64,000 nt of DNA from assembly GCA_965219955.1 (NCBI GenBank), contig OZ244799.1:1088001-1152000 (forward strand), read 5' to 3'. Position 1 is the first letter of the stretch, and each line of letters starts with the position of its first letter. Positions 1-9,331 of this stretch are shown piece by piece. A program made the position numbers and the translations under genes. Under the pieces are notes generated by a model. That model worked only from the letters and a program-made list of their open reading frames with translations. It did no database searches and was not told the DNA's origin. The stretch comes from a bacterium (lineage in GTDB: Bacteria > UBA8248).

Positions 1-1
1 G

Positions 2-604
2 TCCCAAGGAATATCGGCGGCCGGCGAGGGGATGGATTTGTCGAACCTGGCGAACGCCGCTCCTTTAATGGGTCGCGCACTAGGACACCTGAAGCGTCTC
101 GATGTTTTGGTGAACTGCGCTGGAATCCGCTGCAATAAGCCTGTAGAAGAAGTCACATATGATGATGTGGTCGCACTCTTTCAAGTCAATGCGATGGCTT
201 CGTTTCTTCTGAGTGGATTGGCAGCCAAGCACATGATCTCCAGGAAAAATGGTCAGATCATCAACATTGGCTCGACATCCGGCGAGGCGGGAGTACCAGA
301 TAATTCCCTCTATTGCGCCACGAAAGGGGCCATGCACCTGATGACGAAGGCGCATGCCGCCGAACTCGGGCCCAAAGGGATTCGGGTGAATGCGATAGCT
401 CCGGGAACGACTTTGAGTGAGGGGACGAAACATCGCGTGGAAACGCAAGCGGATAGACGAGAGAAACTGATGAGTAATATACCTTTGGGACGATTTGCTG
501 CTCCGGAAGAAATCGCCGATTGCGCTGTTTTCTTGGCTTCTGGTGAAGCGTCATACATGAACGGGTCGATCATTCTGGTTGATGGAGGCCGATTGTGCCA
601 ATGA
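2..604 (+). CDS. SDR family oxidoreductase (5' truncated by window edge)
   Basis: LVNCAG, catalytic YCATK (YxxxK), IRVNAIAPG and VDGG motifs. The frame is open to the window edge and the Rossmann motif is missing. Confidence 0.9.
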   Translation, partial: SQGISAAGEGMDLSNLANAAPLMGRALGHLKRLDVLVNCAGIRCNKPVEEVTYDDVVALFQVNAMASFLLSGLAAKHMISRKNGQIINIGSTSGEAGVPDNSLYCATKGAMHLMTKAHAAELGPKGIRVNAIAPGTTLSEGTKHRVETQADRREKLMSNIPLGRFAAPEEIADCAVFLASGEASYMNGSIILVDGGRLCQ

Positions 605-641
605 TCGTGGTCCAGAGCTTGGTTTTCGGGAAAGGTTTGTT

Positions 642-1640
642 ATGACGAATCGCCTCGGGTTTTGGCTTCTCACGTTTGCGGACATTTCCTTTGAGGGGCT
701 GGGAGAGGTTTCCAGGCTTGGTGAGGAATTGGGATATGATCGTGTTTATACGACAGAATCTTTGACGGACACCCTTGCCATCAATCAGTTGATGGCGTCA
801 TACACATCCAAAATTGAGATAGGAAGTTCGGTCGCCATCATTTATTTGCGCCATGCCTCTATGGCGGCTCAAGGCGCGGTGGCGATCAACGAAATCTCCG
901 GCGGCCGCTATATTTTGGGTCTCGGACTTGGGCACCCGCCCCGAATCAAGGCGATGGGGATACAACCCGGAAACCCTCTCGATGATATGCGAAAATATGT
1001 GAGTGAGGTTAAAGGTGTATTGGAAGGTGAGTCGGTGTATCCTCTTCCTGTTCAGACTTACCAGGGAGAGGAGTTGAAATTCAGGCGCTCAAACTATCCC
1101 GTCCGTATTTACATAGCAGCCGTCGGTCCCAAGATGACAGAGCTTGGCGGAGAAATAGCCGATGGATTGTTGCCGTATATGGTTCCACTTTCAAGAATGG
1201 ATGCTTATTTGGAAGCGAGAGATGCAGGAGCGAAACGAGCGGGCAGAAAGCCTCGTGATGTAGAAATTGATCTTGGAATACATACTTTTTTGTGTGATGA
1301 CCTCGCCTTTGCGAGAGAAACTGCCCGCCAAACGTTGACATATTGGCTTGGGCTTCCCGCGTACAACAAATCAATTCGGGAAAGCGGCTATGAACAAGAG
1401 GCGGAATCCATAAAACGAGCCTTCGAACAAGGTGATCAACAAGCTTTGAGAGATGGGATAACTGACGCCATCATCGATGAGTTTTGCCTTGTCGGCCCGC
1501 CTGAGAGATGCCGGGAACGCTTGGCCGCTTTCCGGGATGCCGGGGTGGATATGCCAGCATTGATGATAGACCCTGTGTTAGCTGGAGAGAGTTATCAAGA
1601 AGCAGTCGAACGCACGCTAATAGCCCTGGCCCCAAGGTAG
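642..1640 (+). CDS. LLM class flavin/F420-dependent oxidoreductase
   Basis: Luciferase-like motifs: AE-like GEELGYDRVYTTE, SGGRYILGLGLG, IYIAAVGPKM and GEIADG. Start chosen at ATG 642. Confidence 0.85.
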   Translation: MTNRLGFWLLTFADISFEGLGEVSRLGEELGYDRVYTTESLTDTLAINQLMASYTSKIEIGSSVAIIYLRHASMAAQGAVAINEISGGRYILGLGLGHPPRIKAMGIQPGNPLDDMRKYVSEVKGVLEGESVYPLPVQTYQGEELKFRRSNYPVRIYIAAVGPKMTELGGEIADGLLPYMVPLSRMDAYLEARDAGAKRAGRKPRDVEIDLGIHTFLCDDLAFARETARQTLTYWLGLPAYNKSIRESGYEQEAESIKRAFEQGDQQALRDGITDAIIDEFCLVGPPERCRERLAAFRDAGVDMPALMIDPVLAGESYQEAVERTLIALAPR

Positions 1641-1642
1641 AT

Positions 1643-2854
1643 ATGAACAACAACCCCAAGAATTCAGAAAAGCCATCCTTGCGCACTTTACCTTGGGCCG
1701 GAACAGGCCTTATTTTCTTTGCACATTTCGTGGTAGATAGCCAGGCGAATTTCTTCGCACCCCTTGCCCCATTATTAAAAGAAAAATTAGGACTCAGTAT
1801 CACGACAATCGGTTTTTTGATTTCTTGTCAGACAGTGAGTGGCTCTATCACGCAACCCATCACCGGTATCGTCATTGACAGGTGGCCTTGGTTACCTTGG
1901 CTAACCGTAGGCCTGGTCGGAAGCTCCATAGCTTTCACGGCGATTGGTTGGGTGACGAGTGTATATGGTTTGGCCGCTGCAGTAATCATGGGAGGAATTC
2001 TTTTTGGTCTGTGCCACCCGGATATGGCCGCGCGTGCGGGCAGGCTGAGTTCCGAGCATGCCGGATTTATTGTCAGCTTGTTCGTTACGGCGGGAAGGCT
2101 GGGTTTCGCCATTGGTCCGTTGATCGCCATTTTTATCGCAGAAATGATGGGGATGGAGCATTTGTGGGTGTTCATCCTTGTAGCGGTGCTCGCCATGGCG
2201 GGTGTGAAATTAGGGATGCCGGCTCCGCCCCAGAGAAAGAAAAAAAATTACGCAGAAGGCGGGCAAACGGGTTTGATAATAGCGCTTAAAAATGTACGAG
2301 GTCCTGTATTGCTCCTGTTCGGTATTGCGGTTGTGCGGGGGATGACCTTGATGAATTTATCGGGCTTTTTGCCCACGATATTTGTTGAAAGGGGCTTTGG
2401 GCTTTGGCGAGGTGGCATGGCTAACTCGATCATTTTTATCTCAGGAGCTATAGGCGTCATGCTCGGTGGTATTCTGGGTGACAGGTACGGGAAGCCTAAA
2501 GTGATTACAATCGGTGTTGGATGCGCCTTGGCCGGTATGTTGGTTTTTCAATTATCTTCCTTGGAATGGTCTTATATATCTCTTGCAATCATTGGTGCAG
2601 GGGCTTTTGTGCCGATGGGCGTATCGGTAGCCTTGGCCCAGGAGTATCTACCCGAGCACCGAGCTTTCGCAAGCTCATTGATACTGGGTGGTGGTACATT
2701 ATTGGCCGGATTAACAGCGCTCCCCCTTTCTATTCTTGGGGAAAGAATCGGAATGTTGAATGCTTTTTGGACGATTCCAGTCGTTTTGTTTGTGGGATTT
2801 GTTTTAGCTTTGTTATTGCTTAAACGACATCCTGAGCAGGAATCCATTGCCTGA
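1643..2854 (+). CDS. MFS transporter (Fsr-like)
   Basis: About 12 hydrophobic segments, AHFVVD N-terminal motif, HP motif and GILGDRYG MFS signature. Confidence 0.85.
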   Translation: MNNNPKNSEKPSLRTLPWAGTGLIFFAHFVVDSQANFFAPLAPLLKEKLGLSITTIGFLISCQTVSGSITQPITGIVIDRWPWLPWLTVGLVGSSIAFTAIGWVTSVYGLAAAVIMGGILFGLCHPDMAARAGRLSSEHAGFIVSLFVTAGRLGFAIGPLIAIFIAEMMGMEHLWVFILVAVLAMAGVKLGMPAPPQRKKKNYAEGGQTGLIIALKNVRGPVLLLFGIAVVRGMTLMNLSGFLPTIFVERGFGLWRGGMANSIIFISGAIGVMLGGILGDRYGKPKVITIGVGCALAGMLVFQLSSLEWSYISLAIIGAGAFVPMGVSVALAQEYLPEHRAFASSLILGGGTLLAGLTALPLSILGERIGMLNAFWTIPVVLFVGFVLALLLLKRHPEQESIA

Positions 2855-3081
2855 TCAAAGCAAGTCGAAACAGACTGGAAATTTCCTTGGAACGGTAAAT
2901 GGGGATGGATAGCTGGAGCGTAGAGGGATGCAATTATGCATGAAGATATGTTATGGTTTCTTCACACATCGAATTGATAGGAATAATGAGATTGAAATTA
3001 GCTCCCCGATAACGGGTTGCTCATCTTAGGGTTGCATTCTTGGATGCCTTCGGGCCAATGAATCTCAAGGAGGATAGTGTA

Positions 3082-4077
3082 ATGAAGGGAAGGAGTATTT
3101 GTTTCGTAGTTGCAATAACCATCGCGGCGGTATTGTCGGCTGCATATACAGCGAGTGCGGCGCCGTTCCGCATCGGCCACCACCGCTCTGTTATGGGGGC
3201 GGTCACCATCGTTGCTCATAAGATGGGCTACTATGATCAAACCATCGGCAAGGGAAAATACACCATTAAACAATTTCCGCAGGGCAAATTAATGCGTCAA
3301 GCGATTTTGGCGAACTCTCTTGACATTGGTGGCGCCGCCGACCGGGCTTTTTATTCAGCCATATCGAAAAGAGCGAATGCCCCTGGAGTCGGAAATGCAA
3401 ATTATTGGTGCAAAGCAAATAAAATTCTCACGTCTCCAAAATCACCTGTGAAAACCTTGCATGACTTGAAGGGCAAAAGACTTGGGGTAGGTAAAGCTAC
3501 GGGTACGTATTTCACGCTGACGACCTTCATTCTGCCGGAATATGGTTTATCCGTGAAAGACTTCACGACCGTGAACATGAACAACGATACCCGCATGGCG
3601 GCGCTTAAATCCCGGACGGTGGATATGATAGCTTTGAATAACCCGCAGGCTGCTATTGCCATCGACAGGGGATATGCCCGCACAGTGGAAACTTTTTGCA
3701 AATATGCAAACAACCTGTGGATTTTAATGGCCAATGGAAAAACCCTCAAGAAAGATAGAGATGTTTATACGAAGTTTTTGAGAGGATTCATTCGTGGCAT
3801 GAAATTGCACAGAGACAATCGCGATAAGTTTGCACGTGTATACCTGAACCACTTGCAATCGAAAGGTTCGAAGATCAAGCTTAAAATAGTGAAAGCCTCT
3901 GTAAACGATCTGACTTTTGGCCTTCTCCCATCAGAGGCGGATTACAAATGGTTTGATCACATGGGTAAAGTTCTTCTGCAAAAACGCAAAGCGAAACGAA
4001 CAGTGGATCTTCGTAAGGAAGGCATGGATCTAAGCATGGTGAAAGAGGCCATCGCAGCTGAAGGATGGAAAAATTAG
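3082..4077 (+). CDS. ABC transporter substrate-binding protein (SsuA/TauA/NMT1-like)
   Basis: AAGGAGG RBS, signal peptide ending ASA, and SPVKTLHDLKGKRLGVGKATG motif. Confidence 0.8.
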   Translation: MKGRSICFVVAITIAAVLSAAYTASAAPFRIGHHRSVMGAVTIVAHKMGYYDQTIGKGKYTIKQFPQGKLMRQAILANSLDIGGAADRAFYSAISKRANAPGVGNANYWCKANKILTSPKSPVKTLHDLKGKRLGVGKATGTYFTLTTFILPEYGLSVKDFTTVNMNNDTRMAALKSRTVDMIALNNPQAAIAIDRGYARTVETFCKYANNLWILMANGKTLKKDRDVYTKFLRGFIRGMKLHRDNRDKFARVYLNHLQSKGSKIKLKIVKASVNDLTFGLLPSEADYKWFDHMGKVLLQKRKAKRTVDLRKEGMDLSMVKEAIAAEGWKN

Positions 4078-4094
4078 CCTTTTCTTTGAGATAG

Positions 4095-4139
4095 AATAAA
4101 AGAGCCGCGGCCAGCAACACCGGCCGCGGCTCTTTTATT
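4095..4139. terminator. Bidirectional intrinsic terminator
   Basis: AATAAAAGAGCCGCGGCC...GGCCGCGGCTCTTTTATT inverted repeat between convergent genes. Confidence 0.85.
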
Positions 4140-4213
4140 TTGCTCTGCTGAATTAGGAATCAGCGATTTCGTATCACCTGATCGTTTGTTCGTGTCGGTG
4201 GATGTAAGAAAAG

Positions 4214-4870
4214 TTAGGGTTGTTTGACGACCCGAATATATGGAAGCGGCGATTCCCAACCCTCCGGGTATTTCTTTTTCGCATCCTCATCGGAAACGGC
4301 TGGTAAAATAATCACGTCTTCACCCTGCTGCCAGTTCGCCGGAGTCGCCACCTGTTCACTAGCCGTCAACTGGCAGGAGTCAAGCAGTCTCAGGATTTCG
4401 CTGAAATTCCGGCCTGTGCTCATCGGATAGGTGAGCGTCGCCTTGATTCTCTTGTCCGGGCCGATGACGAAAACCGAGCGTGCCGTCGCATTATCAACGG
4501 CCGTCCGACCCTCCGAAGTGTCGCCCGCATCGGCGGGCAGCATGTCGTAGGCCTTGACGATCGAAAGCTCGGGGTCGCCAATCAGGGGATAATTCACGGC
4601 ATGGCCTTGAGAACTTTCGATGTCTTTCGACCATTTTTCGTGATCGGAAACCCCGTCGACGCTGATACCAATCACCTTGCAGTTTCTTTTGTCGAATTCC
4701 GGCTTGAGCCCGGCCATTGTCCCGAGTTCTGTGGTGCAGACGGGTGTAAAATCCTTCGGGTGTGAAAATACAACGGCCCAACCTTCTCCAATCCATTCAT
4801 GAAAATTGATGGAGCCTTGCGTCGTGTCAGCTGTAAAATCTGGTGCTTCATCATTGATTCTTAGAGTCAT
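4214..4870 (-). CDS. 1-Cys peroxiredoxin (Prx6 subfamily)
   Basis: FSHPKDFTPVCTTE, YPMSTGRNF and VATPANW motifs. AAGGAG RBS lies 6 nt before ATG 4870. Confidence 0.93.
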   Translation of the reverse strand: MTLRINDEAPDFTADTTQGSINFHEWIGEGWAVVFSHPKDFTPVCTTELGTMAGLKPEFDKRNCKVIGISVDGVSDHEKWSKDIESSQGHAVNYPLIGDPELSIVKAYDMLPADAGDTSEGRTAVDNATARSVFVIGPDKRIKATLTYPMSTGRNFSEILRLLDSCQLTASEQVATPANWQQGEDVIILPAVSDEDAKKKYPEGWESPLPYIRVVKQP

Positions 4871-4945
4871 TTTCATCTCCTTGCATTAAGGATAAAAGAA
4901 ATCTACGAATTCCTCTGCGCTAGATTTAAACTCGTAAGAATGAAG

Positions 4946-5019
4946 TGGCTGGGGGAGGAGGATTCGAACCTCCGTACCCAGATCCAGAGTCTGGTGTCCT
5001 GCCGCTAGACGATCCCCCA
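4946..5019 (-). tRNA. tRNA-Gln (anticodon CUG)
   Basis: Reverse complement TGGGGGATCGTCTAGCGGCAGGACACCAGACTCTGGATCTGGGTACGGAGGTTCGAATCCTCCTCCCCCAGCCA folds as a cloverleaf with GTTCGAA T-loop, encoded CCA and a U1-A72 pair. Confidence 0.96.
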
Positions 5020-5080
5020 AAAAGACCTAGATGTTTATATGTATGAGTTCTTTATTCGTCAAGGACGATGTGGAAGTGAT

Positions 5081-6490
5081 TTATTGATTGACTCTGCCCA
5101 GAGCCGCGTCGAGACGGTATAGACTCCTGTCTCTTCCGAGAAGGCTGAGGGTTTCAAAGATACCGGGACTGATAGTGCCGCCCGTGATAGCAACGCGCAC
5201 GGGTTGCGCCAGTTTACCGAGCTTTACAGCTTCTTCGTCCATAACGCGATGAAAAGCCGATTTGACGTTTTCGGACGAAAACGCATCGATTTTATTCAAT
5301 TCGTTGCGTAGTTTCAGCATCAACTCCGAACTCTCCGAGGTCAGGAATTTCGAAGCCGCCTTCTCGTCCAATTCGACTTCATCTTCGAAGAAAAAACGAG
5401 CGCCTTCTATCATATCCACCAAGGTGCTCGAGCGCGTTCTGAGTTCATCCACAATGCCTTCGCGAGTTTTGCGGGAGAGGACATCAGGCGGTAACCCCTG
5501 TTTTTTGAGGCCCGCATCAAGCGAGTCGACGAGAAAACCACCATCGGCCGATTTGATGTATTCCTGATTCAGCCACAATAATTTTTCCGGGTTGAAGATG
5601 GCGGCAGATCTGTTCAAATTCTCTAAGGCAAAATTGGCGACAATCTCGTCTTTGGAGAAAATCTCCTGGTCTCCGTGGCTCCATCCCAGGCGAACAAGAT
5701 AGTTGATCAACGCTTCAGGGAGAAAACCGCGCTCTTTATATTCCAGTACCGAATCTGCGCCATGACGTTTTGAGAGTCTTTTCTTATCGGATCCTAATAT
5801 CATTGATATGTGCGCGAATTTTGGCGTCGCTTCTTGTAGGGCCTGATAGACAAGGACTTGCTTGGGGGTATTGGATAGGTGGTCGTTGCCTCGAATCACG
5901 TGGGAGATTCTCATGTCGATATCGTCGACGGCCACGCAAAAATTGTATGTAGGCATTCCATCGGTGCGGACGATGACCATGTCGTCGAGTTGTGAGTTCT
6001 CGAACACGACCTCCCCGGCGAGGATGTCGTCGACAATCGTTTCCCCGGTATCAGGTGCCCGGAGGCGAAGGCAAAACGGGACATCCGGCTCTTTTTCGTA
6101 TCGATCCCGACAAGTGCCGTCGTATTTCGGCGTTTTCCCCTTGGCACGAGCCCGTTCACGCATTGCGTTCACTTCCTCCGGCGTGCAAGTGCACCGAAAG
6201 GCAGCACCGGAGGATAAGAGTTTTTCGGCTGCTTCTTGATACAAATCCATCCGGTTGGATTGGCGATATGGGCCTTCATCCCATTCGAGACCGAGCCACT
6301 CGAACGCCTCCAGGATTGCGTCGTAGTATTCTTCCGTAGAGCGTTGGCGGTCGGTGTCTTCGATTCTTAAAATGGCTGTGCCTGCGTGATGTTTCGCAAA
6401 GAACCAGTTAAACAGAGCTGTTCGCGCGCCGCCGATATGGAGGTGGCCCGTGTTGGATGGAGCAAAGCGAACTCGGATATCTGAAGTCAT
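5081..6490 (-). CDS. gltX: Glutamate--tRNA ligase
   Basis: RVRFAPSNTGHLHIGG (HIGH), LRIEDTD, CTC...C zinc region and RLSKR (KMSKS) motifs. Confidence 0.96.
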   Translation of the reverse strand: MTSDIRVRFAPSNTGHLHIGGARTALFNWFFAKHHAGTAILRIEDTDRQRSTEEYYDAILEAFEWLGLEWDEGPYRQSNRMDLYQEAAEKLLSSGAAFRCTCTPEEVNAMRERARAKGKTPKYDGTCRDRYEKEPDVPFCLRLRAPDTGETIVDDILAGEVVFENSQLDDMVIVRTDGMPTYNFCVAVDDIDMRISHVIRGNDHLSNTPKQVLVYQALQEATPKFAHISMILGSDKKRLSKRHGADSVLEYKERGFLPEALINYLVRLGWSHGDQEIFSKDEIVANFALENLNRSAAIFNPEKLLWLNQEYIKSADGGFLVDSLDAGLKKQGLPPDVLSRKTREGIVDELRTRSSTLVDMIEGARFFFEDEVELDEKAASKFLTSESSELMLKLRNELNKIDAFSSENVKSAFHRVMDEEAVKLGKLAQPVRVAITGGTISPGIFETLSLLGRDRSLYRLDAALGRVNQ

Positions 6491-6660
6491 CAAAAATTTG
6501 TCCTTTATCAAACCATGGAGGAGTAGCCACAGTAGGAGAGAATTCTAGAGATGATAGGTGTATGATTGCAAGACGGAAATTGTAATGGCCTTGCGAGCGA
6601 TACTAATAAAATCAACAACCGGAAAATTAACTCGATACGTAGACCAAGAGGAGAGGCCGG

Positions 6661-6990
6661 ATGCAGTATTTTTACGATTTAGCGGAAATTGAACCGCAAA
6701 AGATGCCGGGCAGGGAGCGCAGGCTCGTCGTCGGTGAACAGGTGATGATGTTGTATATCGAAAGAGAGGGAGGAACGGAACAGGACCATACTCATGATGT
6801 AGAGCAACTTGTATATCTCATGAAAGGCGAGGCTAAGTTTACAGTCGCCGGTGAAACACGCGAGGTCAAAGCGGGTCAGGTGGTACACATACCCAAGGGG
6901 GTGCCGCATCGGCTGGATGCCCCAACACCCATCACATATATTGGCATATATTCTCCATTGCGTGAGGAGGCAATTCGGGCAGAAGCTTGA
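6661..6990 (+). CDS. Cupin domain protein
   Basis: HTHDVEQ and IPKGVPH cupin motifs, with a GAGG RBS. Confidence 0.85.
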   Translation: MQYFYDLAEIEPQKMPGRERRLVVGEQVMMLYIEREGGTEQDHTHDVEQLVYLMKGEAKFTVAGETREVKAGQVVHIPKGVPHRLDAPTPITYIGIYSPLREEAIRAEA

Positions 6991-7024
6991 GCATCGCTGT
7001 TATGAACTGACGAAAAATTGCTGT

Positions 7025-7420
7025 TTAGGCGGGATATGTCCAGCCCTCGTCTTTGAGTTCGTCCATTGCTTCCAGCATGCAGGTGACGCCATAAGTTAGC
7101 ACCTTGGAGCCCGCCGGGTTTACGCAGACCATGAGCGCCTCTGCGATTTCCTCCGGGTGTAAACCTAGCTTGAGTCCTTTTTTCAAATGCTGTTTGAGGT
7201 GCGGTTGGTTATGCGGGTTCGAACCCTCAACTGCAAGGGCTAAAATATGAAACAGTTCATGCATTCTTTCATCGAATCTTCTCTCTTTCGCACGGATGAT
7301 CTCGTCGAGATGCAAAAGCGCTTCCATGTAGTCTGGAAATTTCTCGGCAATGAACTCATGAGCTGGATACCTACGTCCTCTGCGTTTTGCAATTTCTTCT
7401 GCTAATTTTTTTTCTGGCAT
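7025..7420 (-). CDS. Carboxymuconolactone decarboxylase (CMD/AhpD-like) family protein
   Basis: DERMHELFHILALA...HLKKGLKLGLHPEEIAEALM pattern, with no CxxC. Confidence 0.7.
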   Translation of the reverse strand: MPEKKLAEEIAKRRGRRYPAHEFIAEKFPDYMEALLHLDEIIRAKERRFDERMHELFHILALAVEGSNPHNQPHLKQHLKKGLKLGLHPEEIAEALMVCVNPAGSKVLTYGVTCMLEAMDELKDEGWTYPA

Positions 7421-7441
7421 AACGAACCCCTATTATCGGAA

Positions 7442-7807
7442 TCATTCGATTTCGTCAAAAAAATCCAGATCGTCCAAAGGTTTTTTTTGATTTTGTAGCG
7501 TGTCTAGCAAGACTTTCCTGAGTGCGCGGATTGCGCGGTTTCTGGCCTGACGATCAATCATTTCGTAAACGATTTCCGTTGCCTCGTCATTTTGGGAATC
7601 TAAAATTCTACGAGAAGATTGCTCCGCCCACTCATCGGCGTAACGCTGGAGGATCTGGCGTATGCTCGCCTCGTATATTCTGTCTTGTGTAATTCGGTCA
7701 AGAATGTGAACGATGTCAGACGAAAAGGCATCGACAGTTTCTCTCGAAACATCGACATCATCAAGATGAAACATCAATCTTTGGTAAATCTGTTCACGAA
7801 AATCCAA
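7442..7807 (-). CDS. Hypothetical helical protein
   Basis: Fills the gap in a minus-strand run. GGAG RBS precedes TTG at 7807 (ORF track start is 7843). Confidence 0.6.
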   Translation of the reverse strand: MDFREQIYQRLMFHLDDVDVSRETVDAFSSDIVHILDRITQDRIYEASIRQILQRYADEWAEQSSRRILDSQNDEATEIVYEMIDRQARNRAIRALRKVLLDTLQNQKKPLDDLDFFDEIE

Positions 7808-7880
7808 GTCTACTCCGAGAGACGGCCACAGGAAACGAAACAATCAATAGGTTGCGCTTTCAGTAAGAGCAGGCGAACAC

Positions 7881-9176
7881 TTATTTTCCCTGGCTATACT
7901 GGGCCGATTTCCTGGTTTCCGGTGTTAGCCATAATAAGGCGCCCCCCGCAAGGAAAAAAACAAGCACGGATAAAATCGCAGATCTCTGGTCTCCAGTCAG
8001 TGCTGACACACCCCCAAAAACCAGTGGACCGAGAACCGAACTCATTTTGCCGCAAATACCATAAAACGAAAATAATTGTGCTGAACTTTTTTCAGGAATG
8101 TAGCTAGCCATCAGGGCGCGGCTTGCTGATTGGCTGGACCCGAGGGAAAGCCCCGCCAACAACGAGACACCCAGGAAAACATATTTCGTTTCGGTGAAAT
8201 AAGCCACAATGACGACCACGCACCAATTCGACAGAGTCAGCAGAATCGTTTTCCGCGGTCCCCATGCATCTGTGAGATACCCGAGTGCAAATGCGCCGAC
8301 GCCAGCTGAAACTTGAACCATAATGAAAAGACTCAAAACTTCGCCCATGCTGAATTTCAGCGTAGAGACCGCATAGATCGAACTGAAAGAAATGACGGTG
8401 ACAATTCCGTCGTTATAGAGGAAAAAGGCGATAAGAAACCTGATTGCGCCCGGCGTTTTTCTCGTGTCCTGTAGCGTTTTCCATAGTTCGGCGAAAGCGT
8501 TTTTTTCGGTTAGTTGAGTGTAATTTATTTTTGTTTCCCGAAGCCAAAAAATCAACGGAAGCGTAAATAGGCCATAGAACACGGCGACCGCAACAAAGCT
8601 CATACGGAACAAGGGAAGATTTTCCTGCGAGAACCCTCCCGCCAAAAAAGGTTTGACCAAAAAAAGACAAAGCAGACCGCCCAGATACCCAAGTCCCCAG
8701 CCCCAGCCACTAATTTTCCCGACATTTTTCGGTGTCGAGACGTCGGGCAAAAAGGAGTTGTAGAAGATGAGAGAGCTTTCAAATGCAGCCGTAGCGATGA
8801 TGAAAAACGCCATTCCGGCAAAGATCATGCCGGCGGTTACATTTGCGAGAAGGGCGGTGGCCAATACGCAAATATAGGCATAAAGGATCAAGAAAAGTTT
8901 ACGGCTGCCCCTTCTGTCAGCTATCGCGCTCAAAGGAGGAGTGATGGTCACGCTTAAGATCATGGCTGCCGAGAGCGCTATCCCCCATAGGAAATCTCCT
9001 TTCCCGCCGCCGCCGGCGACGATTGTCTTGAAATAGACGCTATACGCAACCGTGATGATTAGTGTCGGAAAAGCGGAGTTTGCAAAATCGTACATGCACC
9101 AGGAGAAAACTTCTCGGCTTCGATTCGGCTTCAGAATGTGTGGATTTGCCATTGGGCTATCGTGATTTTTCTTCAT
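7881..9176 (-). CDS. MFS transporter (UMF1/ATG22-like)
   Basis: SWCMYDFANSAF, YNSFLP, ISGWGWGLGYLGG and FFLYNDG motifs. Confidence 0.9.
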   Translation of the reverse strand: MKKNHDSPMANPHILKPNRSREVFSWCMYDFANSAFPTLIITVAYSVYFKTIVAGGGGKGDFLWGIALSAAMILSVTITPPLSAIADRRGSRKLFLILYAYICVLATALLANVTAGMIFAGMAFFIIATAAFESSLIFYNSFLPDVSTPKNVGKISGWGWGLGYLGGLLCLFLVKPFLAGGFSQENLPLFRMSFVAVAVFYGLFTLPLIFWLRETKINYTQLTEKNAFAELWKTLQDTRKTPGAIRFLIAFFLYNDGIVTVISFSSIYAVSTLKFSMGEVLSLFIMVQVSAGVGAFALGYLTDAWGPRKTILLTLSNWCVVVIVAYFTETKYVFLGVSLLAGLSLGSSQSASRALMASYIPEKSSAQLFSFYGICGKMSSVLGPLVFGGVSALTGDQRSAILSVLVFFLAGGALLWLTPETRKSAQYSQGK

Positions 9177-9331
9177 ATAGGCACTTTATGAGAATAGAAG
9201 AATTGTGTTGCAAACATCAGAAGAAACAAAAAAATCACACTTTTCTAATATATAATATCAGGTAATGTTGTGAAATCTGAATTGTTTTATGATTCGTGAG
9301 CCGCCTTCTTGTTTTCCGCGATGGGTCCTCT

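Noticed and set aside
4877-4946. tRNA-Gln 3' end as a genomic island attachment site
   Set aside because: No integrase and no duplicated tRNA 3' end were seen in the window.
7844-7846. In-frame TGA just upstream of the 7442-7843 ORF as a second read-through
   Set aside because: There is no redox motif or upstream start, and a better RBS and TTG start lie at 7807.
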